Assembly (NCBI RefSeq): GCF_964194025.1
Contig: NC_134478.1
Location: 12,090,001-12,154,000, forward strand
Length of the DNA: 64,000 nt
Direction: 5' to 3'
Origin: Convolutriloba macropyga
Taxonomy: Eukaryota
The notes below the pieces were generated by a model, which saw only the letters and a program-made list of their open reading frames with translations, searched no databases and was not told the origin of the DNA. Positions 1 to 11,789 of the stretch are shown here, piece by piece (position 1 is the stretch's first letter; every line of letters begins with the position of its first letter). The position numbers and the translations under genes are program-made.

Positions 1-632
1 GTCCTCTTACTTCTCCATCAAAACACTAAAATATTCCAGATGTTACCCAATTGGCTACTTTGTCCACAAAATCAATTTGTTGAAACTAAATGATGAATTT
101 TGGATATTTATCAGGTTATTTTAGAGAAAAATCATTATGTATCAAATGAAGACATTAGCTAGTTTCCATAATAGCTCCGCCGGTACCAAGTTGGAAATTT
201 GATTGTTTAGCTTTAGTCATTAGACTGCAAACAGAACATCAAATACAAAACTCAAAAGAATGACTTAAAATTGATTAAAATAATTTGTCGGAGCCATAAA
301 AACCAGGAGCTTCACTCAAAAACACGAAATTGAATTATTTGACCTGATTTGAACAACATTGGGACCTCATTTTGTTTGAATTTTAAACGAAAACAGACTT
401 GCCTGTGATTCTGTGAAAAAATGCACAAAATACTTGAAAAAAATAGACCCAAAAACAATCCGAATCTTTTTCAAAAATCAACGATGAGACCCAAACTGGC
501 CCTGAGATCGTTGCACGGCTGTTACAAAACAAAACTCTTCTAAAACCTTGAATTATATTTTTTTGGTGAACGGGAAATCTTAATATATCAAAAATGAGTT
601 ATGCATTTTTTTACTGCAAAAATGAGTTATGC

Positions 633-957
633 AACTTTTATTGAAATTAGCGAAAAACATGTTGTTTCTAGAAAATTTTCTGAAGAAACTGAGGTAAAAT
701 CAACCAAGATCTCAATGAAAAAATAAATGTGTCATCAGTTTTCTTGTGTGTACTACCGGTCAAACTGAACAAAGTGTTCCAAATAGGCATGTTAACTTTT
801 ATTGAAATTAGCGAAAGACCGCAAACATGTTGTTTCCGGAACCTTTTCTGAGGAAACGGAGGTAAAATCAACCAAAATCTCAAAAAAAATTGTGTCATCA
901 GTTTTCTTGTGGGCACTGCCGGTCAAACTGGACAAAGTGAGCCAAATAGGCATGTTC
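633..957. repeat. Two-copy ~162-bp tandem repeat
   Basis: aacttttattgaaattagcgaaa...caaataggcatgtt occurs at ~633-794 and ~795-957. Confidence 0.85.
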
Positions 958-2311
958 TATGCCATGTTTTTTGAACAAAAAAGAGAAAGAAAAGAGTTTT
1001 AAATAAAATAGCTGAAAATTTGGGCAAAATAGTTGGTTGCACAATTTGCGAAATCCTTTTTATCTTTAAACGTTAAACCAATGAGACTGTCATTAACAAT
1101 TTTATCATAATATTAGCAAAAATTGATCAATTTTGCCGCGAATATTACGACAAATGTGAACAAAACAAGGGATGTTAGGCTAACGTTCACAGAACCCCTG
1201 TATTTCCTCTGAAAAAGCTAAATAAAAAAAATTGTGTTTAAAATTTAAGCTTGACAGGTTTTCACGATACCATTCACAACCCTCTACGATGAATATATTG
1301 ATCGGCGAAAATTGACTGAGAAAGAAACTAGCTGAGCGATTGGTCCCTCCCCCACTAAAGTGGGTCGGAACAAAAATGTGTAAATTTAAGTATTTTGGGA
1401 GGGATATTTTTCCTCGCATCAAATATGCTGATTGCAGATGACTGTAGAATTTGTTCTGTATATTTAATAAAACGCCTCGTTGAAGTCTGTGCGTGGCGCA
1501 TATTGTTCAAACATGCTCATATATTCCTGTGAAAAATTCGATTTTTCTGACATGAAACAATGCCATTCCTGAACAGCCTTTAAGCAGATTGCGACCAGCA
1601 TTTTTACTAGGCAACTTTTTCGTGTGTACGAACAAGCTAAGAAAAATTTTCTTTTCGAACAAGCAAAGTTTCATTGCATACTTGCTTTAATATAATGATA
1701 AAACATAGTTAATGTAAGATCTTTTGTGGCAAATGGCAGAAGACTTTTCTTTTTACTTTGTATTTCAAACGGACAGTATCTAATTAATACAGAAAGACTG
1801 AAAAAATTCGCAAAAAACCGATTAGTTCCCAAAAAACAAAAGTGACTACAAAATCAAAATAAAAATCAAACGCTATTTAAAAAGTATCACCACGAGCAAA
1901 TTACGCGACGAGTTGAAAATCAAACTTGGAGAAACCAAAAACTAATGACTCTGAAATCTGAAATTTGTCAAGTTTTTGCTGTCTTATGTTTTGATTACAT
2001 TTTACTCCTCTAGAAACTAAAACGCAATTCCCGAATGTTTTTATCCATCAACTCACAACATAGTTATTTAACAATAATCCTCATATTAAAAATCTTGCCA
2101 GTAAGTAGCAGAAAGGAAACAAAAAAAATGAATGCCAATCCAATAACTTGCCATTGGTTTTATATTTGTTTTCCAATTTATAGTTATTTAAGTCTACAAA
2201 ACGACTCTGAATATCTGATATACTCAGTATTGAGAACACATTTTCTACATGCTTAGAATCGATTATATTGATATCATGTTGAATACTTGCGTAAACCAAC
2301 TCAAGATTATA

Positions 2312-2873
2312 ACCTGGACCGAACTCCAAATCTATATCAGCAATAGGCAAGTCTAAATCCAAGTTTTATTTCGTTTCCCAGTACTGGGCAAGTCTAAATA
2401 CAAGTCTTACAAGTCTGGCAAGTCTTAGCCAAGACCTTGATAACACTTGGAAGTTGATTCCCAAGTCAAAACCAACTTTCCAAAAAATTTCGAATGAAAA
2501 TTTTGAATTCCAATAAAGTTTGTAACGTGCCACGATTTCGAGGTTAATTTCTGGACACTTTCCCGGGTTGCTATAAAATGATTTTTTTCGGCCGCTTTGG
2601 ACACATTTTCGAATCGCCAAGACTTGGATTTAGACTTGCCAAGTCTTAAATCAGTCTTGGATTTAGACTTGCTAAGTCTTAAATCAGACTTGGATTTGGA
2701 ATTTCCAAGTCTTAAATCAGTCTTGGATTTAGACTTGCCAAGTCTTAGATCAGACTTAGACTTAGACTAACAAGTGTATAAAGTGACATGATCATAGCTC
2801 TGAATCAGCAATGAAATGAGACTTGGAATTAGACTTGCCAAGTACTGAAATGGACTTGGCGTTAGGTCCGGTA
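2312..2873. mobile_element. Foldback/MITE-like element with ~65-bp degenerate TIRs and an internal ~34-bp minisatellite
   Basis: The left arm ggacc...ggcaagtctaaatccaag is the reverse complement of the right arm cttggaattagacttgcc...ggtcc. Tandem gacttggatttagacttgccaagtcttaaatca units at 2620-2770. Confidence 0.65.
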
Positions 2874-5180
2874 AGGAAACAATCCCAGACCTTCATGTTT
2901 CTGCAACTGACAGGGTTCACAACCTTTGTCATTTTGAAACATTTTTAAAAATATACATTTGATTTCATGCTCTAATCTTATGCTCACCTGATAAACATTG
3001 GACTTGACGCTGAAAAAATCAAAGTTCCACAAAAACAATTATTAATTATGCTTTTCTGTGAATAGTAAATGAATAGGCGGTTTCAAGCAGAAAAAGAGAA
3101 GGGTATTATTTTCTCATCATATTTCAGTTTAATCAAAACAGCAACGTGGTTTGGGCCATTATCAACTTCGAAAGATTAAAAAAATTCAAAACAGCGATCT
3201 TACCACAGCTGGCAGAATTAGTAATTAATTTATAAGTTCACAAAAAGTATCTACCAATGACTTTTCATAAAAAGTATCTACTAACCTTGTTCCAGCAATC
3301 CTAGCTTATAATGAAAATCCATTTTTGAAAACAGAAAAGTACCGTTTTTAAAAATGGAAAAATGATTTGTCATTTTTATGATAGCAAGTCATGCTACTAA
3401 AATAGCCTTAAAGGAATGCATTACATTGAATTGATGCTCACTTTTCCGCCTATAACATTTCTCAATTTTCAGACGGCAGCTTGTACTAAAAAAATAAAAA
3501 ACGACACTGAAACCAAAAAAAAAACATTGTAAAAGATTTGGGTCGCAATGTGTTCAAAATGGCTTAGATTTTCGATAAAAAATATGGAATCAATTTCTGT
3601 CAACAAGCATCACGAGTTCTTTCAAATTAACAGCAAAAATTTCTTTAAAATTTTGAGAAACGAGAATTTGCAATTATGATTGTATATTTCTCTTTTGTCT
3701 ACTTAAGCACCGATATAGTTCACTCAAATTTTAACAATTGAACAAAATAGTGTTGAATATTCTGTCCTTCATCACTGAAAAGCATCAGCATAACTCAAAC
3801 TATAATTAATAGATCTACTTATTTTGGCCTTTCGCTTACAAAATCTTGAAGCGAAAGTAATAATAAAAGTTTGAAAGAAAGTTAAGAGCCAAAGTAATAT
3901 TTTTGTCCTCAATAATTAATTAATAACACCGGAAATTTAGTCGGAACCTATGTATTATGTTAGTTTGATACAGAAAGAAAACAAAAAAAAAATGAAAAAG
4001 CTGAGTTTAAAAAGTTTCTGCTTGAGAAGCATGCAAATTTGTGGTTTGTCATCAAAGATTAGTGTTTTGAAAACTTAATACAACAACAATTGTATATCTA
4101 CACATGTCAATATGTTTCAAGGTGTGGACTTTTAATTTTGCTCTATGCCTAAGGACTATTAAAATGGTGTTCAGATTTCAAAATTAGATGTCTAACCAAC
4201 AGACTGCATGCATATGTCCATCCCTCAAACAATGTGGGAAGCAAAATTAATCTTAAATTTTAACAGTTAGTCTTGTTCTTCCAAAAACCAAACATTCCCT
4301 TAGTCTTCCAACAAATAAGTGAATACAGAACATTTTAATTAAAGAATTACTCGGGAAAACCAGATAATAATGAACGGGTTTGATAATAATTGTTTTTACT
4401 AAAGGCGATGATAAAATCATGTAAATCACTCTGATACTGATTATTTATAATTACCAAATTATCCCGTAGTTTTTAACTTCTTGAATTGAATTGAATTGAA
4501 TTAAGTTCATTGAAAACAGTTTACAATTAATAACTATAAACGTTTTCAAGAGGTACGTCAGATAAGCTTTACAGCTCGTTTAGGTGATGTCCCATTTGAA
4601 AAACTCATCAATTATATTTTACTTTCCAGAAAATTAAGAACGAGTTAGTTTGTACCTCAGCCACTAATCAGCAAAAAATTCCGACAAAAATTAAAGTAAA
4701 AAAAGACTCACCGTCGAAAAGGTGGTTTTTCAAAATTTGATTTACTAAACTTTTGAGCTGCTTTGAATTCATTTTTTGAATTTCAATATCTGAGGAAAAG
4801 AGGTAATTCGATTTGCAAAAATTATAAGTCTTAGTCAGCCTTAACAGCAGTGAGTTTCCAAGTGCTGCATTATTAAATTTGACCTGCCTTATTAAACCTT
4901 TTTTGAGGTTCCCTGTGTGGTATTTACAAGATGATACGTTTTCAAGATCAATGAAAGCGCAAGATCTCTTTGCGATTTCTTCAACAGTTTCCTTCAGAAG
5001 TTCAAGAAAGTTTAAGTCAAAAACAGTGAGTGTTTTGCGTTTTTTGTAGTAATGTTGAAGGCTATCTGTCCGCTTTCGATAGAAGATGGCTCGCAAAATT
5101 TTTCGTTGGTACATATCAATTTTTGTTAGTCTCTTTTTGTTTGTGCAGCCATAAACCAATAGACTGTAAGACATCAGGGG

Positions 5181-5600
5181 TGTGATATCCCTGACTGTAG
5201 AGATACAATTCGTGTCACAAATCCACTTAGAGTTGGGTGAATGGATTCGAGGTGCGAATCCAACTTTTACTGAATTATTGGATTACCACTTTTAGACTTA
5301 GCAACAATCGTGTTGCGATTGCAGACAAAATTATTGAGAGTGGAATTCCTCCTCAAATCCAATAGGATCTCGACTAGTGCAAAACAGAATAGATTGAATG
5401 CAACTGAATTCAGAAACAAGACTCAAGAGAATGAATAAATAATCAAAAGTGGGGGATGTGAACAATCTGAAATATTGACTTTTTAGTCGACGGTAAATTA
5501 CTTGTATGTGAACGATGACTTTAGTCTGATAAGGACAAGAATAAAATGATTTAGTACAACTTAGTGAACATGAACTAAAATAAGGTACAACCGTACCACA
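5181..5600 (-). repeat. 3' LTR of Mag-like element
   Basis: Direct repeat of 11370-11789; only one mismatch found by eye (ttagtg vs ttaatg). Confidence 0.97.
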
Positions 5601-6164
5601 TATCCTGGGCTGAGCAAAATTTTAAACTGCAACAGTGAAAAATTTATGATAATATTAACATATGTACTGGTTATTATAAATAATAAAGATTGTGAGCAAC
5701 AACAGACAAGTAGCTGAGGAGTAGTGGAAAGGTTGCTCGAATGTGGAATTAAATTAAATCAATGTAAACTGTCAACATTTACAGTAAAATGTATGCACGC
5801 AATATAAATTAAAGCACAATCGCGATGCAAATCCTGCAAAAGTATAACACAGGAGATATGGTTACATGAGCAACATCAAATTTAACTAAATAATACCCAA
5901 CACGAACACAAATTTAAGGTACACACTAAACATGAAATCAATGGAAAAGTGATACAATTCCATATTTAACTGAACAATTACAGAATTTAAATTTTTAACA
6001 ATTGAACAATTAATAATGACAGTTTAAGCAGTTTTGATTCAAATTTGGTTTTCGGCGTCAAAGACGCTCATACTTATTTCCCGTGCATAATCGTCATAGT
6101 CATAATCCACAGGTGACCATGTTCCCACTGGAGGGGGCGCAGGAGGGCTCACCACTCGCAGTTC

Positions 6165-9100
6165 CTAATTCGTATCAGGAACGGGAGGCTGTGCTGCTTC
6201 TTCTTGAATGATAGTTTCTATCACAGGATTTGCGGGTCTTTGTTTTTTAGAGACAGGAGCAGCCGAATCGTCACTCAAAGAACACACCGAACTTTCAAAT
6301 CCGTAGTAGTCAGGCGCGCGGCGATTACGTTTAGTGTGGGAAGTCGATGGAGAGGCAACCGATGATGTTGCAGAGGAGGCAGCAACAGATGAAGCATTGG
6401 AGGTGTTCAGCGTGGAAGATGTAGTACGAGAACGTTTACCCCCTGCTTGGGGTTTTCGGGGTTTTCTAGACGCCATGGCTTTAGAAATGTTGCTGTTCGC
6501 AGATGGACACGGGTGCCGAACTTAGCAATATCGCTATTTCGGACACTGACCTCCGGTACTCCTGGTTCCTTAATGACTGTAGTAGTATTAGATGTACGGA
6601 CAACTGTACTGCCGGGGGCCAGGGTTTCCCAGAGTCCGCGAAGGTCTCGTTTCGAACGCTTCGTTATTTTCCGAGCCAACTTAAGGTCCAGTGACTGCCC
6701 TGTCCGTGGGATCGGATTATTCAATTTTGGTTGCAGAATGAAACGGGAGACAGACTTGTTGTGATCACCATTGTAGCGGCGACCTGCGTCTACCTGAGCT
6801 CTCTGCATGGCCTCGTCAATCAAGATATCACTGCGATCCCCCGTCACCCATCCATCCATTTTCGTCCAAGTCTTCAACTGGGACGGTATCAGCGTCTAAA
6901 TAGTGGTGAAGAATATTTTCATATGATAAGATAGATGATTTAGGTGTTGTACTTATATTACTCAGTGGTGTATTTGGCTTTCTTCCAAAATGTGCTTGGA
7001 AAGGTGTTACGTTTGTTTTCTTTTGTTTACATATACGTTATTGATATACAATTGACTTTACTGCTTCTTTAATTGTGAAAGTATTATTTCTATTGTCTAA
7101 TTTCATACAACCTAAGCGTCTTTTAATAGTTTGTATCAAACACTCCACTAATCCTATAGCTCTATGATCGTTTGCTGGGGCGGTGAGAATGTTAATATTA
7201 TTTTGTTTACAAAAGTTTTTAACTTTTTATCCTGTTAGACAACGTGCTTGATCTAATCTAATGTTTCGAGGGACACCGTGAATTTGAATGTAGTCGTCTA
7301 GAAATTAAAGTACATTGGGTCCATTAGCTTTATCGAATACTTCTACAGAAGGAGATTTAGAAAAGCGATCAATACATGCAAGAAAATGAATATCTTGATC
7401 TTTTTCATTGGTGATTGGACCTCCAAAGTCAATTTGTATTTCTTCATTCGGCTCTGTACATGGCAATAAAGGTTTCCATTTAGACGCCGGAATAACAGGT
7501 TTAAGATTCTTACCAATATCAGTACAAGGCTTGCACTGGGCCGCTTTGTTCAAAATTTCTCGGTGCATATACGGCCAGAGCGCGTATTGCCCGAGCGTTA
7601 TCATGCCCCAACTTCCCGGATGTGTTAAGTGGAGGCTTTCCAAGACCGCGTCCTGAATCGAATGTGGAATCGCTACGCGTTCGTCCACACAAACACATCC
7701 CGAGCGGACATGTAAATCCCTCCACTACGAGAAGAGATAAGGATTCACTTCCTTACACCTTTGGGGGTCGTTTTGAAGGATGCAGTAACGTACTTCCTTC
7801 AGAACTGCGTCTTTACTGGTGAGAACTGCTAAGAATCCCTTTGTGAAGAGTTGTGTTAAGTTGTTCTCAAAGACCTCTTCTTTTGACAGTTCCAGGTTTG
7901 GTGATGTTTGACCTTCATTCGATGAGCGGGTGTTATTCACTCCTGAATTGGGGGTAGATTGGAACGTGACCCGGCTGTGTGTAGGGGGAGTTTGCGGATT
8001 AGATGCAGAGCTGCTCATTTTGTGATTATGAATTGAATGGATATGTGATGTGTATGATGGGAAATTAAGATGAGGCTGGATTTGAACTGGCTTTGTACTA
8101 CTAGTAGAGAGAGATTGGAATTGTGCTGCGTTTGCAGAGTTTTCAAGAAGCAACTGAGTTGTATTACGATTAATGGCAGAAAGCAATTTAGAAAAGTTTG
8201 TTAAGCGAGGATGCGAGGCACGTGTGGAATTTGTGCGAGTAACGCTGTTAAAGTGCTGTGATTGACAGGTTTGTGGTGTGGTATTTACATAAATTGCAGC
8301 AATAGCGTCACGAATGCGGGTAATTGTTGCTACCGCAAATTCCTCGTCATATTTGTTTGTAACTTTTGCTTTTTGATTTGGTTGGCGAGAAATATAATCT
8401 ACCAGCCCCATTTTTGCACCGTGTATATGTTCAATATTAAAATCAAAAGGTAAAAGACGATCGATCCATTGTGTTAATCTACTATTATAGGATTTATTTG
8501 ATCTATGTTCTTTCATAATGGAGAGTAATGCACGGTGATCCGTGATAATTGTGAATGATTTGCCAAATAAGTAATATTTAAAATATTCTACAGACCACAC
8601 CACAACTAATAATTCTGGTTCATTAATACTATAGCGTTCCTCATTAGAGTTGAGGAAACGAGATGCAAATGCAACTGTGTGCCAGCCCGTAGGCGAACGT
8701 TGTTCTAATGCTGCTCCTAAACCCGCTCTTGAAGCGTCGCATTTGATCCGCGTTTCCAAGTGAGAATTATAGTGTGTGTTTTCTGTGGTGTTTGCAACTT
8801 TATCTTTAATTGCTTGGAAGTGTGTATCATGTTCAGTGTTCCAATTGAATTTTGTGTTCTTTTTTAATAAGGGACGAAGGGGATGACACAATTGGGACAA
8901 ATTAGGGATAAATTTTCCGAGGTAATGAACAGAACCTAAGAAAGATCTAAGTTGTTTTAAATTTTTAGATGCTGATAGTGAAGCGATTGCCGCTGTTTTT
9001 GACTCAAGTGGAGGTATTCCTGATTGACTAAACTTATGTCCCAACCATTCAATTTCGGTTTTTGCAAAATGACATTTAGGTAAGTTGATTCGTAAGTTAT

Positions 9101-11370
9101 CCTCATCTAATTTCTTTAACCATTTATAGACGAGTTTTAAGTGGTCATCTTTAGAACCACGACTAACTTCTATAATATCATCCAGAAAACAATAGGTATT
9201 TTGAAGTCCGACTAAAGTGTAATCCATCACTTTTTGGAAAGCTGCTGGCATATCAGTTAAACCGTAAAAACCTGTAATAAAACGGTATGTTCCAGTTCTC
9301 TCACCTCTAATAATATTAAAGTTACAGTGTTGAGCCGTTTGCGGGTCTAATTTAAGTTGACTGTATGCGTACTTCAGATCCAGTGTTAAATAATATGCTG
9401 TTTCTTGTGATGCGGATGTATTCAAACTCTGTTGAATTGTGTCAATCAAATTATCAATATTTGGCATTTGATATTTGTTTTTATGAATAGGTTTATTTAA
9501 GATTTTGGAATCTAAAGCTAAATTAACTGTTTTATCTCTTTTAACTTTTTAATCTTTTTAACTATAGGTGAAAAATATTTTTTATCTGAACAACTGTTTA
9601 ATTTTATGATGTGTTTTTCGTCAAGTAGTTTTTTAAGTTCTATATTAACTAGTGGTTGTAAGTTAATTGGAACTCGTCGCCCTTTTTGATGTGTAGGTGC
9701 AAATTCATTATGAAATGTTTACTTTACTGAATGTTTTAAAGATTTACCGACACGGGTGATGAGATCTGGAAAATCAAAAGAGATCTGCCTCTTGATTGGA
9801 CATTGATTTTGATCAAAATTTGCAACTTGTTTCAATTGAATAACAGAAAAGCCTAGCTTGGGAAAGAGATCTCGTCCAATGATGGGTCGGTGACCGTCTT
9901 CCACGGCAGTTACATCAACGCCCGTGGCTATCCAGTCATTACACTTTATTGATGTATTGATTACACCGACAATCTTGATTATATCATTAGAAAAGTTTTT
10001 CAGATCATGTATTTCGGGTGATTGTACCCAATAACTTTCTCTGCATTCGGACACTACTGTGTCCGCCAGACTTTTGTTTACAATAGTGCATACGCTTCCC
10101 GAATCCGAGAATGCTTTTGTGCATGTATTTCCAACACAAATGACTAAATTTACGGGTTCTACCTCACGAGTGTCGGTTTTGATGGAAAATGCAGCTACAC
10201 AGTTATCGTTATAATCATCATAATCGGAGTCGTAGTTGGCATCGTAAATGGTTTTCTGCTGTAGAAGCTTGCTGATAATGTTAACTTGTTCCGCCGCCGT
10301 TGTTTTAGTACCTACTGTAGCCGCCTCAGAAACCGAGTCATCTACATAGTTTACTCTAGGTTTTGGTTTACTAGATTGTTTTGGTTTGCGACAAACTTTT
10401 GCAAAGTGATTAGCGATTCCACAATTTTTACAAGATTTTCCACGAGCAGGACAGTTTTGTCTATGAGAAGGAGTCCAGCCATAGCCACAATTTGGGCAAA
10501 TCGTAGGTTTGACAAACTGGTTTGTCGGTGCTCGGGTTCTATTCCACGATCCTTGAACACTATTTATCGATTGACTTAAAATTTCATTTGTGGTGTTGGG
10601 AATTGGAGTTCCAGAAATTTTCAATTGGTTTTGTATTTCCATTTCAATGTTCATTGCAACCTCGAGAGCTTTTTTAGCCGTCCGTGTTTCTTTGAGTAGC
10701 TCCCTTTGGATTTCACCATCTTGCATATTAGCAATGAAGACATCCCGAATGATCGACTCCTCGTGACTTCCCAGATCACAGTTTAGAGACAACTCTCGAA
10801 GACACCCGTAGAACTTTTCCACAGGTTCTCCTTTCATTTGTTTTCGAGTGAGAAATGCGTATCGATCAAATGTGATATTTCTTTGCTTAGTGAACACACT
10901 ATCAAGGCAATCCCAAAGAACTTTTGTTGTCACTCTATCGATCTGGATACTCGGTTCCTGCGAACCAAATATTCGTCCCCCTTCCATTCCCAAGCTGAGG
11001 TATGTTAGAGAGACTGCTCTGCTATCACAGTACTTCCAAGGTTTTTCTCCACACAGTATGCCAACAAGTTCTATTTTTTGACATCTATTGAGCCACGAAT
11101 TTTTGAGCTGTTCGTTTCTGGTACGTCGATCTCGTTCACTTTGAGCTGTGCTATTTTCGACATCATTCTCGTAAATGGGTTCTGGGGGTAAGTGACCTTG
11201 TCCGGAGGGTCGTCAAGGAGAGTGTCAATTGAAATTCCTTCTTTAGCCATGATAGCCAATTTTAGCATGATCTGCCATCTATCCCATCGCAATGGAGGTT
11301 CAAGTGTTGGTTTATTCCAAAAGGGCTCGATTCCCAAGAGTGCACGTTCTTTAGTTGCTGACTGCGCCAT
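6165..11370 (-). pseudogene. gag-pol of Mag-like element, disrupted
   Basis: In-frame stops at 9719-9721, 7725-7727, 7305-7307 and 7227-7229. Frameshifts near 11190, 9550, between 6880 and 7200, and ~6500. Confidence 0.9.
11356..11369 (-). promoter_or_regulatory. Primer binding site, tRNA-Ser type (TGGCGCAGTCAGCA)
   Basis: Abuts the 5' LTR and is complementary to the ...UGCUGACUGCG-CCA 3' end of invertebrate tRNA-Ser. Confidence 0.8.
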
Positions 11371-11789
11371 GTGATATCCCTGACTGTAGAGATACAATTC
11401 GTGTCACAAATCCACTTAGAGTTGGGTGAATGGATTCGAGGTGCGAATCCAACTTTTACTGAATTATTGGATTACCACTTTTAGACTTAGCAACAATCGT
11501 GTTGCGATTGCAGACAAAATTATTGAGAGTGGAATTCCTCCTCAAATCCAATAGGATCTCGACTAGTGCAAAACAGAATAGATTGAATGCAACTGAATTC
11601 AGAAACAAGACTCAAGAGAATGAATAAATAATCAAAAGTGGGGGATGTGAACAATCTGAAATATTGACTTTTTAGTCGACGGTAAATTACTTGTATGTGA
11701 ACGATGACTTTAGTCTGATAAGGACAAGAATAAAATGATTTAGTACAACTTAATGAACATGAACTAAAATAAGGTACAACCGTACCACA
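11370..11789 (-). repeat. 5' LTR of Mag-like element
   Basis: Direct repeat of 5181-5600, immediately followed on the minus strand by the PBS. Confidence 0.97.

Larger units (their letters stand above)
5181..11789 (-). mobile_element. Ty3/Gypsy LTR retrotransposon, Mag-like, structurally complete but coding-defective
   Basis: 420-bp TG...CA LTRs, AGGGG TSD (5176-5180, 11790-11794) and tRNA-Ser PBS. Gag has a double zinc knuckle (CPNC..H..CPARGKSCKNC..NHFAKVC). Domain order is PR (DSG), RT (FLDD), RNase H (CDAS), IN (HHCC, D..D). Confidence 0.97.

Noticed and set aside
2620-2770. ~34-bp repeats resembling a CRISPR array
   Set aside because: The units are contiguous with no unique spacers, there are no cas genes, and the context is eukaryotic. 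It is a minisatellite inside a foldback element.
9719-9721. Programmed stop readthrough between gag-pro and RT
   Set aside because: The TAA falls within a conserved Pol segment (K-S-T-F, TCA>TAA) and several other stops exist. It is simple decay.
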